From assembly GCF_037042905.1 (NCBI RefSeq), contig NC_087250.1:18478001-18538000 (forward strand): a stretch of 60,000 nt of DNA, in the 5' to 3' direction. The stretch is from Lytechinus pictus (lineage: Eukaryota). The first letter of the stretch is position 1. Each line of letters starts with the position of its first letter. A program made the translations under genes and the position numbers. The notes beneath the pieces were generated by a model that did not search any database, had not been told where the DNA came from, and saw only the letters and a list, made by a program, of their open reading frames with translations. Positions 37,644 to 51,367 of this stretch are shown piece after piece.

Positions 37644-38502
37644 GCCTTTCCCCGGTTCTTTTTATTGCCTCTACATCTTACTTAGTTTATAATTTGGTAA
37701 ACATTTGAATTAGATTTGAACAGCGTTGATCTACCAAATTATCTAATTTTGATTCGGAAAAAAAAAAATTAAGGGTCTTGGTTCATCCTTTCACGCACGG
37801 GGGATGTGTTAACCGGTTGAAAATTCACCTTGTACTCTTACATGATTTAAATTTAATCAGGACTGTTTGGCAGTAAGTACTCTCCAGGCCTTACAGGAAG
37901 AAATTCTAAATGGGCGGGGGATTCAGGAGTCCCATTTTCTTTGTTTCGTTTTTTCTTTCTTTTTTTTTTTTTTTTTGGGGGGGGGGGTGCATGTGTTAAT
38001 CATGGACAAAAAACTTGTCATAATAATATTCCCATCTATTTTTGTTTTGTTTGTTTAATCTTATGTACTTATAGGCGAGCGGCGAGAGGCCAAAATTTGG
38101 GACTTTAATCCCCCCGACTGGATCAAAGCAAAAACATGCATCAATTTGAAGGAAATTTTCTGAATATTTTAGAACTGAGAATTAAAAGTGTCGCAGAGTG
38201 TAGCTTCACCATGGAAACCAGCCTTGAATAGGCCACGCCCATTTTTGTGATAAATGCAAAGCAGTAACTTATTTTTTGTATTTGTTAATCAATTACACTA
38301 ATTTATATATAAATATAGACTTAACAAGGATAAAATCACTACAGATTGAATGATATGATAACGCCTAGCAACCAAATAAATCTTTCATACATATTTGATT
38401 TCAAAACTGTTGCCTAGCAACATTATTTTCCCTAGCAACCATATTCACTTTTCAATATTCTCTCTTCTTTTACCAGATTAATTCATTTTATCATATTTTT
38501 AA

Positions 38503-39291
38503 GTTTTAATTTATAAAAACTGATGAAGAAAGTAAATTTTGATGAAAAAAATGAATAAAAGAGGAAGACTAGGATGTATAATGCATTTATGATCATGAAA
38601 AATTACATTATTGCCATGTTTGATTAACCCCTGCATGTGACGGATATCACTGTTTGTGTGTATTTACGACTATATACGCAGCAGTATGGTCTACTATTAT
38701 TTAATGGATTTTATTGTATTGTTATAAATCATTCTTAGTTACCCTGCTGTGTCATGTTATAATCTAAATAATTGAGTATTCATAAATTTTCATGTTACAT
38801 ATGGAAACCATTGTGTTGCCTAGCAACAGCATTTTCCCTAGCAACCATCACTTTTTGGCGATATTTAAAGCCTGTAACCTCCCAAAAATTCTAAAAAAAG
38901 TTTTTAATTTATAAAAACTGATGAAGAAAGTGAATTATGATGAAAAAATGAATAAAAGAGGAAGACTAGGATGTACAATGCATTTATGATCACGAAAAAT
39001 TACATTATTGCCATGTTTGATTAACCCCTGCATGTGACGGATATCACTGTTTGTGTGTATTTACGACTATACGCAGCAGTATGGTTTATTATTATTTAAT
39101 GGATTTTATTGTATTGTTATAAATCATTCTTAGTTACCCTGCTGTGTAATGTTATCTGTTCTAATCTAAATAATTGAGTATTCATAGATATTTATGTTAC
39201 CTATGGAAACCATTGTGTTGCCTAGCAACAGCATTTTCCCTAGCAACCATCACTTTTTGGCGTTATCTAAAGCCTGTAATCTCCCCAAAAT
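38503..39291. repeat. ~398-bp near-identical tandem duplication inside the Academ-like left arm
   Basis: ttttaatttataaaaactgatgaagaaagt... starts at ~38503 and ~38900. Confidence 0.9.
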
Positions 39292-40099
39292 TCCCTTTTT
39301 TGCCCTCAAAGTGCATCTTATACTATTTATCGTGGTGATGGCAATTAATTTCAGTCATCTGGCCAGGCAGTCGGCATATTGAGAGAGGGGTGGTTGTATG
39401 CAGAACATTTTTCCTTGGGGTGGCAAGACGACTAAAAAATCTCCAAGAAACAAAGCGAGGGAGCGAAGTGACTGAGTTTGGCAAGGGGGGCTTCATAGTA
39501 AATTGTAGGATATCATACATACTTTTGGTTTGGTGAATTTTGTGAAAATTTTCAGTTTAAAAATGTGACTTTTCACTTCGTACGGAAATGGGAGAGAAAA
39601 ATAGGTATTATGAACAATATCATTTAGTCTTTTATTTGGAACATTTTATTATTTAACATTTTAGGAAGGGTAATACGTATCTAATACCAACCAATAAGTC
39701 TTATAAAGTGTCCGCAAACATGGGAAACGAAATTATTTATCAGTATGGCAAATATAATTCCTAAACTGTAGTGATTGTGAACTCAAATGCTAATTACTGC
39801 CTGGGTTACCTACTAAAATGTGTAAATCACAATGATCTATCAAAAGTTCTGTCTGCGATTTTGGCAATTTTCCTGTGTTGTTGCAATTTGTTTTCATTTT
39901 AATTATACCAATGCATGGGCAATGGGGCAGTTAACACAATAGTCTATTTGTAGATCTTCAAGCAGGATTGCTGGTTTATCTGGACAACTCGGTGAAAAAG
40001 GCTTTTCAATGATCACCTGCCGTGATTTAAACACAGATCAAGAGATCCTCAGTATGTCGTACATATATCAAGTAGACAACAAAAATTACTCGAATCAGA

Positions 40100-42660
40100 G
40101 CTTGTTGCTCTCTAGAACCGGTTAGTCCCTTTACATTCTATATGGGCATTACTGATTCCAGCAGTTACTTAGCAGGTCAAATATCTGTTTAAGCAGAATT
40201 AATTAGGAGTACATGGAGTATAGGCCCTATTATTGTCTCATCAAGCTAAAGGGCAAAGTCTTAACCATTATAAAACTAATGAGTATTTCTTTAAGTTCTT
40301 TCTGTGAACCTCCTAACCAATCTTTCTCCCTTCCTCGAGAAGCCCTCTCCGATCAAGCAAATGTAATCATTGGGGATTTCAACAGTCACAGCATTATCTG
40401 GGGATATGGAGAAACCAATGAGATGGAGAACTTGTGGAAAACTTGTCAGATGCAAATCAGATTGCATCATTCCCAAAAATGTGAGAAGGTTGTGCTTGAC
40501 CATCTCCTGCACACTCAACATCAACCTATTGGGCTGAAGGTAAATGCAGCCAGCACAGTTCTCTTTCACAGACGTTTCACCCTGAAGAAAGCAATCTGGG
40601 AGAAGTTTGTCATAGATCCGGATACCTATCCAAAGGATCTCCCAGCACTCCCTACTCATTATAATACATGTAGAAAGCTGAAATCACAACAGAAGAATGT
40701 TCCACGAGAATGCCGTACAAACTATTCTCCGGGCTTGACGGATGACGAAGCTGCTGTACAATAAATATTTCAGGAGCTTTGAGAATTACCCATTTGGTGC
40801 CAATACACTTGAATACGGGGAAAATTGACAACTGCCATTCTGGATTGTAAAAAAGAAAGTGACAGTAATTTAATAAATCAATGGATGTGACTCACAACAG
40901 CAGAAGCCGGGGAAAGCAATTCGGATCCTTAAAAACGACTATGCGAGCCTCAAACTATACCCATAGTGACCACCGACCAAGTGGCCCACTATCTTCTTGT
41001 GTACAGTCAAGGTAACCCTATATAACCGAAGGGCCAACCTCCCTAAAACTTCAGAGATAGCCTCCCAACTATAGAGTCATTTGAATACACAAGACCATTC
41101 AGCATGAACGTCTTGTCTGCTTGTGCTATGCTATCAAAGAAAATAATGAAGAGCAACAAGGCACCTGGATTAGATATGATATCCTCTGTGAGCAGATCAC
41201 ACTTCTTGGACCTATTGCAGCCCAAGGGATGCTGACATGTTAAAACACAATGGCAAGAGTAAATTGAGGGTTGTTGCCTAACTCGAGCCAGGCAAAGACC
41301 CAATCAGCCAAAAGAGTTACAGAACAATCTCTCTACTTTATCACACATATATGCCCTTTGAAAGGCTCCTGCTTAACCGCATTGCTCCCTTTGTGACCAA
41401 GTTCCTCATTCCAGTAGGCAAGATTCAGGCCAGGAAAGTCCTTTACTTATCAAGTACTGAATTTGACTCAGTACATCAGGTGGTTTGAGGAAGGTCTGAA
41501 AACTGGATCAGCCTTTGTTGACTTCTCTGCAGCTTATGAAACAGTTAATCATAGGGAAGGCCTACTTACGAGGAAAGTCATTGTGATGACAAAGGACGTC
41601 AAGTTGACAAAGCTAATTCAGCACATGCCCTCAAACCGGTTGTTTGTGAATTTCAATGGTTCCAGCAGCAAATGTTGGAGGCAGAAAAATGGTCTCCCCA
41701 AAGAAGTGTCCTAGCCCAACTCCTCTTTAACATCTTCACAAACTACCAACTAATCCACCCAAACACCAAGAGCTACCTATGCTGATGAACTGTGCATTGC
41801 CTCACAGAAGCAGTCTTTTAAAGAGGTGGAAAAAAACATTCAGTGATGCTCTGGCATATCTGACCGGAAACTGATGGTCAGATGGTGTTGAAAGTGAATG
41901 AAACACACCAGCAATCCTGCCTACCTTGATGTCACTCTTGCGTACAAAGACCATGTTGCCAAGACAAAGGCAAAAGCTGGAGAAAGGATCAACATCAATA
42001 AGAGGCTTGCTAACACAATATGGGAAGCAGATGCCAAATCATCCGTTCAACAGCTCTGCTGTATGCTACAAGTTTAACCCAGTCCTAAATGCTGCTTGCA
42101 GCGCAATTTTCAGTTGCCTGCTACCAAAAAGATTTGATGATCTTTACCTATTGTGTGGCACAGTTCCCCACACATAGAGGTATCAGCACGGGTGGAAAAA
42201 CAAGCCAAAAAGATGTCCTTCTTCTTCCACTCATTAACTATGAACCTGCAAAAAAAAGACTCGAATCAAGACAGTTTCCTTCACTTGCCTGAATCCCTTG
42301 ATTGCTATGCACACAGTCAAAGGATCCCCCTATGGTCAAACCACCTCCAGTCTGTGACGCAAAAGCTTTCCATGTGACCTAGCGAATCACACCCCCAAGT
42401 TCAAGTGACAAATGGCCATCTTTGTCTGGAACAAGGAGGTGCAAAGTCCTCAATATGCAGTTCGGGGCTACAGCGGGGATGCAGACACTATATACGACTG
42501 AAAGGAGGATCAGACAGTGCATCACCTTTTGGTCTCCTCCCCCCCCCCTGTCCTACGTACCAGAGCTGTGCTCTGCCAAAGTTCTGGAGTCGTTCAACCC
42601 AAAAGCCAGATCTTGCTTGTACCCTCTACTACACAGGACTTGTGTAGTGACCCAAGAAGA
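40100..42660 (+). pseudogene. Decayed single-ORF LINE, I-group (Ingi/Vingi-like)
   Basis: Fragments IIGDFNSHSIIWGY (APE), AFVDFSAAYETVNH, WRQKNGLP, YADELC and RLANTIW across frameshifts and stops. Confidence 0.8.
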
Positions 42661-43029
42661 TGTGCACAGAGCAAATATTACCCTTTAAAATCTTTCAGTA
42701 TCATATGATCAAATTGGAGCCTAGGTGTGCAGGAGTTTGTCTCTCTAAAAAGTGGCTTTTAAGAGGGGTATATAGATATGGGGTAAGATTGTAAGCATCG
42801 AAAAACTTTGCTATTCCAATGGCAAATTGTTATTTTCACCTTAAAACACTAACAATCAGAATATAGGCACCGTTTTCAGAAAAATTTTAGCCTAACCGAC
42901 AACCCCATTAGGAACCAATTAAGTCCCTGCCTCCTCCCCCATCCAACAACCCATGAGCAAATAATCATTTTTTCCGAAATGTCAGATTACCATAAATAGG
43001 TGTCTTCTACCAGTCAGATAATTAATGAC

Positions 43030-43650
43030 ACACTTCTTCTTTATAGGTCATTAAAAATGTCATGTCCTGTTAATGGTACAAGATCTACATGTAGCTTTCC
43101 TGTGAAACGTGGCAAAGGCATTAGCAGTTCATAGCTCCGGTAGGAGGGGGCAGACACAAAAGTGTTGTATCCTATGATCATCCTAACAGTTGCAGGTAGT
43201 TTCTCCACTCATATTGTAGACCCATAGGCTATTCAAAGAAGATCAGGTAGGCCGTTCTTCACTTGGACCTGGAAAGTGATGTACTAAGTCCATAGGTGAG
43301 ATAGGTGTGCATCACAGACTGGAGATTGTTCGACCAGAGGGTAACGCTTTCATGCGTGCAGAGTCATCAAGGGATTCTGTTGAGTGGAGAAACTGTGTCT
43401 GGATTTGAGTATTTTGGAGAGGTTCATGGTTGACGAGTGGAAAACTATCTACTTGATTGTTTTTTTTTCTTTCTTCCGTGCTGATGACTTATCTTCTTAC
43501 GTATGGTGGGGCAATAATACAGAGTAGGTAAAGATTACTTACTTCCGTTATTCGCTAACAGCCAGTGATGGCTCTGCATGCTCTATTCAAGACTTGGGGT
43601 CAATATTTAGCACCAAGGGCTGTGCACCCAGCAGTGGTTGTCTCTATTCA
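43030..43650 (-). pseudogene. 3' fragment of a second, diverged copy of the same LINE family, inverted
   Basis: Reverse complement matches ~42075-42660 (atctttaccta, atcagcacgg, ttccactc...aactatgaacct, acc.gagct.tg, agatcttg...aagaaga). Confidence 0.7.
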
Positions 43651-43769
43651 GCAGATGTGTGCAAACGTCATGACATATTACATAATGACACTATGACATA
43701 TAAAACATCTCCCAATTTAGGAAGCCGTTCTATCCTTAATGGTTTCCTTGTCCTTTTCTTGGCCCAATC

Positions 43770-43925
43770 AGGAATGATAGCTCAGTCGGTAGAGAGGGGG
43801 TTTCGGATTCCAGTGACCTGGATTTGATTCCCATTTTGTGCGTTAGTGCTCTTTTGTAAGGCGCATCCTCATTACCAGGTCTTGGAGAGGACATTAATCT
43901 GTCGGTCCTCTTGTTGCTCTCTTAG
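43770..43925 (+). mobile_element. tRNA-derived SINE (family of 5617-5878)
   Basis: gatagctcagtcggtagag...ttcggattcc...atcctcattaccaggtc...ggagaggacattaa. Confidence 0.75.
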
Positions 43926-44639
43926 CAATCAGGTAAATAACAACCATTTTAAGGCTTAAGATCCCAAGTTTCCATGCTTTCATCCCTCTGATTTCTTGAC
44001 AGTTATCAGATTGAAAGTGACATCATAAGTTCCCTGTGATTAAACTTCTGATACTTATTAATAAGTTTCAACAGAAACCTGTCGAACTCACAGCTTTGAC
44101 ATCTTTGGGCTACAGCCTCCACACAGACACAACCTTGGAATTTGGACATGCATGTGTGATTAGGTATTATTTGACAAGACAGATCCATTTGTTAACCATT
44201 CCATATTCACTTGAGGAAAGTGATCTGAATATGCAGCCAAAAGCCTCTGCCAATGAATTAATTGAGTATAGGAGGTCCCTGAAATTGAAAAAATTATCTG
44301 TACAATCCTTAGGTGAAGACCCACTTTATGATCACAGTTTTAATCAGGTACTGTGCCTGAAGACTAGTTTTGTCCATTATATTATATCATCAATGCTATA
44401 CCTACTGTAGCTAACTAACAAAAATATGTTATAACATACCTTGTAACATACCTTGTTTTGGGCGTAAAGTTTTACCTATAAAACTTGTTTGCCCCTCTCC
44501 TTCCAATTTCTTGAAGTCAGTAAAGTGGAAGATAGACTGGTACTGGTTATATGGCGATGTGTGGTTTCAGCAGGTAAAGGTATTAATGAGAGCATGGGCA
44601 GGTATAAAATTGGTCAGTGTTAAATTTTTCCTTTTTGGG

Positions 44640-45850
44640 CTCCCATGTTTTCTCTAAATTTGACTTGAAAGAGTTTATGGAAGTGCTCTTCGATCGATCA
44701 CTACTTGATTTGGCAAGTTATTCCACTCAGATACTACTCGATGTGAGAAAGAATTTTGTCTTTTCCGAGTATTTGCTCTGGGTTTCTCTATCTTATATAT
44801 ATATATGTCCACTAGTTCTGGAGTCTTCATTGAATTTGAAGAATTTTGAAGTCTCAAGATCTTCGGTCCCTTGAATTATTCGGAACACTTGGATAAGATC
44901 TGTTCTGTGACGTCGGTAGGACAAAGAAGGTAACTTTAATTCAGCTAACCTTTCCGGGTAACTCTTGACCTGTAAACTCGGAACTGCTTTTGTAGCTCTT
45001 CTTTGGACTCTCTCGAGTTTTGCCTGATTCTTCCTTAAGTATGGATGCCAAATCTGTGAACAATAACCCAAAGCAGGTCGAACTATGGACTTATAAAGTA
45101 GCTTGAAGTTTTTAGGTTCAAGGAATGAGAAAGATCTCTTGATGATCCCCATCTTCTTATTTCCTGCCTTTGCTATCTGAAATATGTGCTGAGAAAAACT
45201 TAGCTGATCGTCGAAAATGACTCCCAAGTCCTTTTCACTGTGGCTCACTTCGATGGTACGGCCATCCAAACTTAACTTATAGTCATAGTGCAGGTTCATT
45301 CTGCCATTGTGAAGGACTTTACACTTTCCTGTATTGAAGGGAATTTGCCACAAGATTGCCCAACTTTGAATCCTCAGTAAATCAGCTTGAAGGATTTCTC
45401 AGTCTTGATTGTTGTTAACTTCAGCAAATAATTTTGTATCATCAGAAAATAACTTAATAACACTTGCTTGAGAAGTTAGGACATCTGGTAAATCATTTAT
45501 GAAAATCAGGAACAGCTCCGGACCGATAACACTCCCTTGGGGAATTCCACTACTGACTCTAACGGAATTTGAGAAGACTCCATTAACAACCACCCGTTCC
45601 TCTCTGTTCTTTAAGAAGGATCTGATCCAGTTCAAGACACTACCTCTAATCCCATATGAATGAAGCTAAGCAGAAGTCTTCGATGAGGGACGCTATCAAA
45701 TGCTTTTTTGTAGTCCGAATAGAAACAGTCAATTGATTTTCCTTTATCCAAATCTTTTGTCCATTCCTCAATAACTTCCAGAAGTTGAGTAGAACATGAT
45801 TTGCCTTTTCTGAATGTACCCAGCTATGAATCATCCAAACCATATTATTC
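44640..45850 (-). pseudogene. 5'-truncated, frameshifted CR1-clade LINE RT fragment
   Basis: SGIPQGSVIGPELFLIFINDLP, KLFSDDTK, WQIPFNTGKCKVLH, EKDLGV, LERVQRRATK, FSHRVVSEWNNLP. Confidence 0.9.
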
Positions 45851-46057
45851 TCTTTTTATCTTCAACATTTAAATTTCTCTTTGTAGCTGCTCTTTTTTAA
45901 TATGATAAAGCTTAAATACCATGCTCATCGAACTGTTTAGAATTTGTAGACAAGCAATATACAAAAAAGGATAAATTATTTTTTTTTCGGAATAAGAGAA
46001 ATGAAGTGGTATCCTTTAATTTACCATTGCCAGTATGCATGTAGGTATATTATTTAA

Positions 46058-46651
46058 AGGGATGGTCCAGGCAGGAGAAATTTTATATCTCAACAAGTAG
46101 AGTAAAATTCACAAAGCAAAATGCTGAAAATTTCATCAAAATCGAATAACAAATAACAAAGTTATTGAATTTTAAAGATTTGCATTATTCCGGTAAAACA
46201 GTTTTAGGCATGTCTTCATGAATATTCATTAGGTGGGCTGATGATGTCATATCCCCACTTGTTCTTTTGTATTTTATTATATGAAATTAGGTTTATTAAA
46301 AAAATTTCTACCAAGAACTAAAACAATTGGATTGACAACTGATTAAGTTATCTATTGCCGCAACTTATTTCATCATAATGCAGACACATGATTTATGCAT
46401 GTATGAAATAATGAAACATTTATGATTTCATGTAATAACATAAGAAAAAGGAAAGTGGGGATGTGACATCATAAACCCACCTAATGAATATTCATGACGA
46501 CGTGCATATAACTGTTTTAAAAAAATATTAATAAACTTTAAAATTCAATAACTTTTGTTATTTGTTGATTTTGATGAAATTTTCAGCATTTAGCTCTGTG
46601 AATTTTACTCTATTCATTTAGATAGAAACATTTTCACCCTGGACCATCCCA
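46058..46651. mobile_element. Kolobok-like MITE (TTAA TSD)
   Basis: ttaa|agggatggtccagg ... cctggaccatccca|ttaa. Confidence 0.82.
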
Positions 46652-47996
46652 TTAACAAATGGAACTGTACACTTAAAAGTGGATTATTTTCCTCAAGATT
46701 TTTTAAGGTGAAAATATATCATTGCTAAGGTAAATAGTGTTGCTAGGCAATGGAATTGTGTCAGTAGATAATGGTAAACTCCTGAATGATGTTTGCCTAA
46801 CAAGCTATCATATGTTAATTTGCTCAATATTCTTACTCTAAGGAACAACTTCCTCAGCACATTTGACCAAGATGAAGAGTGGTAACATAGCCGTTGCTAG
46901 GGAATACTGTTTCTAGGCAACACATTTGTCTCCATGGAAGCTATAAAATAGTCAGTTTGTTGAATGATTGTTGAAAACAAGGTTGTAGGCATCTATATGA
47001 TAGTTGTGTCGATCAGTATTATTGCTCATAATGGACCATTTTTCCACATATTTGACCATGGAGAAGGGTGTTAATATAGTCGTTGCTATGGAAAATAGTC
47101 GTTGCTAGGCAATTAATTGGTATCCATGGGTAATATTAAATGTTAATTTTGTTGTTGTTCTATTGAAGACGAGATACTGCATGTTAATTGATCAGGTATT
47201 ATTAACTCAATCAACTTTTTTCACCCCAAAATAGTATAAAGTATGTGACTTGTACGTACGTGTATCAATGTAGTCAAAATGAACAATAATATGGCGATTT
47301 GTGCGATGTGAAGGGGTATGTCAGGTAGACCTTAGCAAATTTATTTGTAGTTCGCAATAGTTAAAATGGGGGTTTTCAATTATTTTTATTATTTTTCAAT
47401 AATACTTTACAGAATTTCATTGGTGTAACTTATTTGGTTTAATTTAACCGAGTTAAAAAGTTAAAAGTTAGCTTCGAAATTGAAAAATAAGTGGTTTACT
47501 TAAGTAGCTAAATGGTTGCTAAGGAAAGTTATGTTGCTAGGCAACAATTTCTGAGAAAATGTTCATAAAATTCATGCTAAGTTGTTTTTCAGTAATTCAT
47601 TTAACAATATATAGTGGATCTATCCTTTAAAAATAAAATAAAAAACCTGATAATTTAAATTAATGAGTAATAAATCAATATTCACGATGAATATTCAATA
47701 AGTATTTAAAATGGGCGTGGCTTATTCAAGGCTGGTTTCCATGGTGATGCTACACATTACGTCATTTTTAATGCCCAATTCCGAAAAATTCAGAAAATTT
47801 CCTTTAATTTGATGTATGATTTTGCTTTGATCCAGCCGGGGGGATTAAAGTCAAGAAATAAGCCACTTTTTGGCTTCTGGCCGCTCACCTATTACGGGTA
47901 TGAAACAGCCTCTTGGTCACCACATTTATACGTGAGGACTAAAAACAAAAGTACTTCTTATCTGAATTTAAAGATTATGGAAAGTTGCCATCAAGG

Positions 47997-49131
47997 CACT
48001 GGCGTAAATCCGTGTTGATGGGTGGGGGGGGGGATGACTGAAATATTTTGGCATTTTTTTGCAATCATGTTTTTAGATATGCAAGAAATTGTCATTGATA
48101 TGTCCACAGTGGCGTACCGTGGGTCACGGCATTGGGGAGGGGGGCACCAGCAAAATTTTTGAATCACTAAGTGAGTGCGCGAAGCGCGCTAAGTTGCCAG
48201 TTATACTGACCTAATAGAGACATTTTAAGGACAATGTCATTTAACGGATATGTATCTCACTGATCAAATAATGCGAGCGCGAACGTAATCACGGACAGGA
48301 AATGTTTCATATATAAGAAGACCTTAACATGGGGCAATCACTTTTGAGTCATGACAAAGAAGCATATGTCACTACATAAAACAATGATAACTCAAGTGCT
48401 AGGAAATATATTTGGTTTATATTGACTTGAAAACGGGATGTTTAAGTACAACAGGATTATATATCTCGTTAAACAGACAATGCGAGCACCAGGAACAATA
48501 AAAAAAGACGTAGGCCCTGGGCAAATTATGTTTCATAAAGTTGTAATGTAACATAACATGATTATAATATAATATAACATTATAATGAATAATATTTTCT
48601 TCTTTCCCACTACGTTTCTCTTCCTTTCTCCCTTTTTTCTCCTTTTCCCCCTTTCCCCGTTTTTTTGTCAGCCGATGGGGGGGGGGGGGGGATGTGCCCC
48701 CCATGCCCCCCGTAGTTACGCCACTGTATGTCCATATGGCAAATACCCCTCCAATATTATCATCTTTTTTTACCCCATGATGGTTTAATGGTTTTATTAG
48801 AGATTACATTAAAAAGATTTTGACATTCCATCTTAATCCCTTCCCAAAGAAACAGCGGTTTCTCTTCAATGTTACTTATAATAAGGACATAAGTATTTCG
48901 TTTGGAAATGGTGAAATGGCTCTTTATTTGCATTTTATGATTCAATAATATTGTTTTATTTGTTAAGCGGTATTTTAGGAAGAATTTTCACCAATAAAAC
49001 AATTATCTCTTGTGATTTTTGTTTCATTTCTTTCGTAAAAAGTGGGGGGGGGGGATGTTTATACGGGCCATCCCCCCTCCTCGAAAAGTGGGGGGGGGGG
49101 GGATATATCCCCCCCGGGATTTACGCCAGTG
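47997..49131. mobile_element. hAT-like MITE with nested hAT-like MITE (48107-48726)
   Basis: Outer cactggcgtaaatcc / ggatttacgccagtg with TSD CATCAAGG. Inner cagtggcgta / tacgccactg with TSD TATGTCCA. Confidence 0.88.
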
Positions 49132-49769
49132 CATCAAGGCATAAACGAACAAAGTATAATGATTTCCCAAAGCAAACCGATTCGGAAACTCAGTTACTAC
49201 AGGTCTGCATCCAGTTGCAAAAGAACTACATCTATATACTTTAGTGATATTGGGGGGAAAATGTGCATTTCATGTTGTATGATGCATTTCGACGGTGTCA
49301 ATGACCTCCGTTTCACCCCCTCATCTTTCCTAAATCCAAATGACCTCTCTGATGTATAGTGACAGTTTGACGATAAACATTGTATTGTTCTCTTACGCGA
49401 CCGAGGGAGGGCGGCGTCTTTGAAATGAAATGTACGTCAGCGTCGTCGGCGCGCGCTGAGGATTTCTCGGTAAGGAGCCTTTGTGGAAGAGCGACAGAAA
49501 GCGTGGGAATTTTGACACTTTCAACATGCTTATCATGTTCGGTGGTTATTTACGAGTAAGAAACGATAACATCGGAATTTTTTTTGTTGTTGCTTGAAAT
49601 CAACATGATCGGAATGTTTTTTCTTCATTTTACTTCAGAATGTGGCAAAATTGATATGATAGCCGTGAATTAAAACTGAATGAAAAATGTGTGATAGATA
49701 TGTCCTATTTGACTTGCATATAGGGGTTATTCCCATTTTGGTTTAATCGGAGAACTCATTTTTAAATCT

Positions 49770-50186
49770 TTTCATCATCATCATCATAGCACCACCACCA
49801 TCATCATTATGGCTATCATCATCATCATCATCGCTTTGTCATCATAGCATTATCACCATCTTCACATCATCATAATCACCATCGTCCTCACCACCATTAT
49901 TTTCATCACCATCATTTTATCATCATCACAGGCACCTTCATCTTCACCATTATCACCACAACCACCATCACTAAAATCATTATCATCATCACCATCAACA
50001 TCGTCATCACCATCATCACCAACACCATCATTATCATCAACATCATCAACATAATCATCATGACCATCATCATCACCAACACCATCATCATCACCCATCA
50101 CCAACACCATCATCATCATCAACATCCTCATCACCATCATTATCATCGCCATCATCACCAACACCATCATTATCATCAATATAATC
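49770..50186. repeat. Degenerate (CAT/CAC)n microsatellite, continuing at 56337-56460
   Basis: Direct reading. The tract is split by the foldback element. Confidence 0.9.
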
Positions 50187-50532
50187 GGTTACAGCCCGAT
50201 AGACCGCGGGTCCGATAGACCGCGGGTCCGATAGTCCGCGGGTCCGATAGACCGCGGGTCCGATAGTCCGCGGGTCCGATAGACCGCGGGTCCGATAGAC
50301 CGCGGGTCCGATAGTCCGCGGTGTGTGTAAAATTATGATCAGGATATAGTGAGATCCAATGCCATCAAGAGGTCAAAAGGCCAATGATACGAGTCCATGG
50401 GGTTCTATAACGATGACCCAAAGGACAATCGCCCCTGACATCTACTTCAAGGAAAATATTATCCCCTTTTTTTATCGTCAGGGACTGTTACCCCCGGCCC
50501 CCCCCCCGGAAATTTACCCTCTAGACGCCATA

Positions 50533-51227
50533 CGGAGCCTCTAAAATGCCATCGACTTGACGACATGGCGAGATACTTTATCTTGCCATGTCGACTAAAT
50601 AAGCTTCTTATGTCCGCATGGCGCGATACGTTATCCTGCCAAGTCAGTCCACTTATAAAAAGTTATATGTCAACATGGCGAGATATTTTATCTTGCCAAG
50701 TCGACTTAAATAAGTTACATGTCAACATGGCGATATATCGGGATTTTCGCCGGGACTTGTACACTTCATATCTCGCCATGTGGACATACCGACTTGACAA
50801 GATAGAATATATCGCTATGTCGAAATAATAAGCGTATTAATTACTTAGGCAGCGGAAGCGGGGGGGGACCTTTCCCCCTAAATTTGAGGTGGGGGACGGT
50901 CCCCCTAGATTTTTAGTTGAGAACCTTTTTTTTGCTTGTCAATTTGTTTTTTACGTCCCCCCTATATTGAGGTGGACCCCCCTAAAATCTTGTTGTCCCC
51001 CCCCCTAATTTTGGTTGATAACTTTTTTTTTCTTGTCAAAAAATTTTGGTGGTCCTTCCTATAAATTTTGGTTGATTTGCTTATCAAATTTTTTACCTGT
51101 GTCCATCCCAAAATTTCAGGTGGACCCCCAAAAAATGTTTTGCCTTTCGTCGCCAATGATTAATTAAGACATGGCAAGATAAAGTACCACGCCATGTCGT
51201 CACGTTGATTGCATTTTCAAGGCTCCG
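50533..51227. mobile_element. TA-flanked TIR element with gacatggcgagata repeats; contains hAT-like MITE 50844-51158
   Basis: TA|cggagcc...aaaatgc / gcatttt...ggctccg|TA. The inner element has 8-bp TSD ATTAATTA. Confidence 0.75.
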
Positions 51228-51367
51228 TACTAGGGGTAATTGTCTGGAGGGTAAATTTCCGGGGGGGGGGGGGTATCAGTCCCCGGCGGTAAAAATATGG
51301 GGATAATATTTTCCTTGAAGTAGTTGTCAGGGGGTGATTGCCCTAATTGGGTTATTGTTATAGAACC

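Larger units (their letters stand above)
38072..47891. mobile_element. Academ-like non-autonomous DNA transposon (9.8 kb) with nested elements
   Basis: TAG...CTA termini, 3-bp TSD TTA, ~170-bp imperfect TIRs (38072-~38245 / ~47707-47891), repeated gttgcctagcaac subterminal motifs at both ends. Confidence 0.82.

Noticed and set aside
49862..50179. Met/Asp-rich ORFs
   Set aside because: Translation of the (CAT)n microsatellite.
50196..50322. Short regular repeats resembling a CRISPR array
   Set aside because: Units are contiguous with no unique spacers, are mirrored at 56217-56327 as transposon arms, and there are no cas genes in this eukaryotic context.
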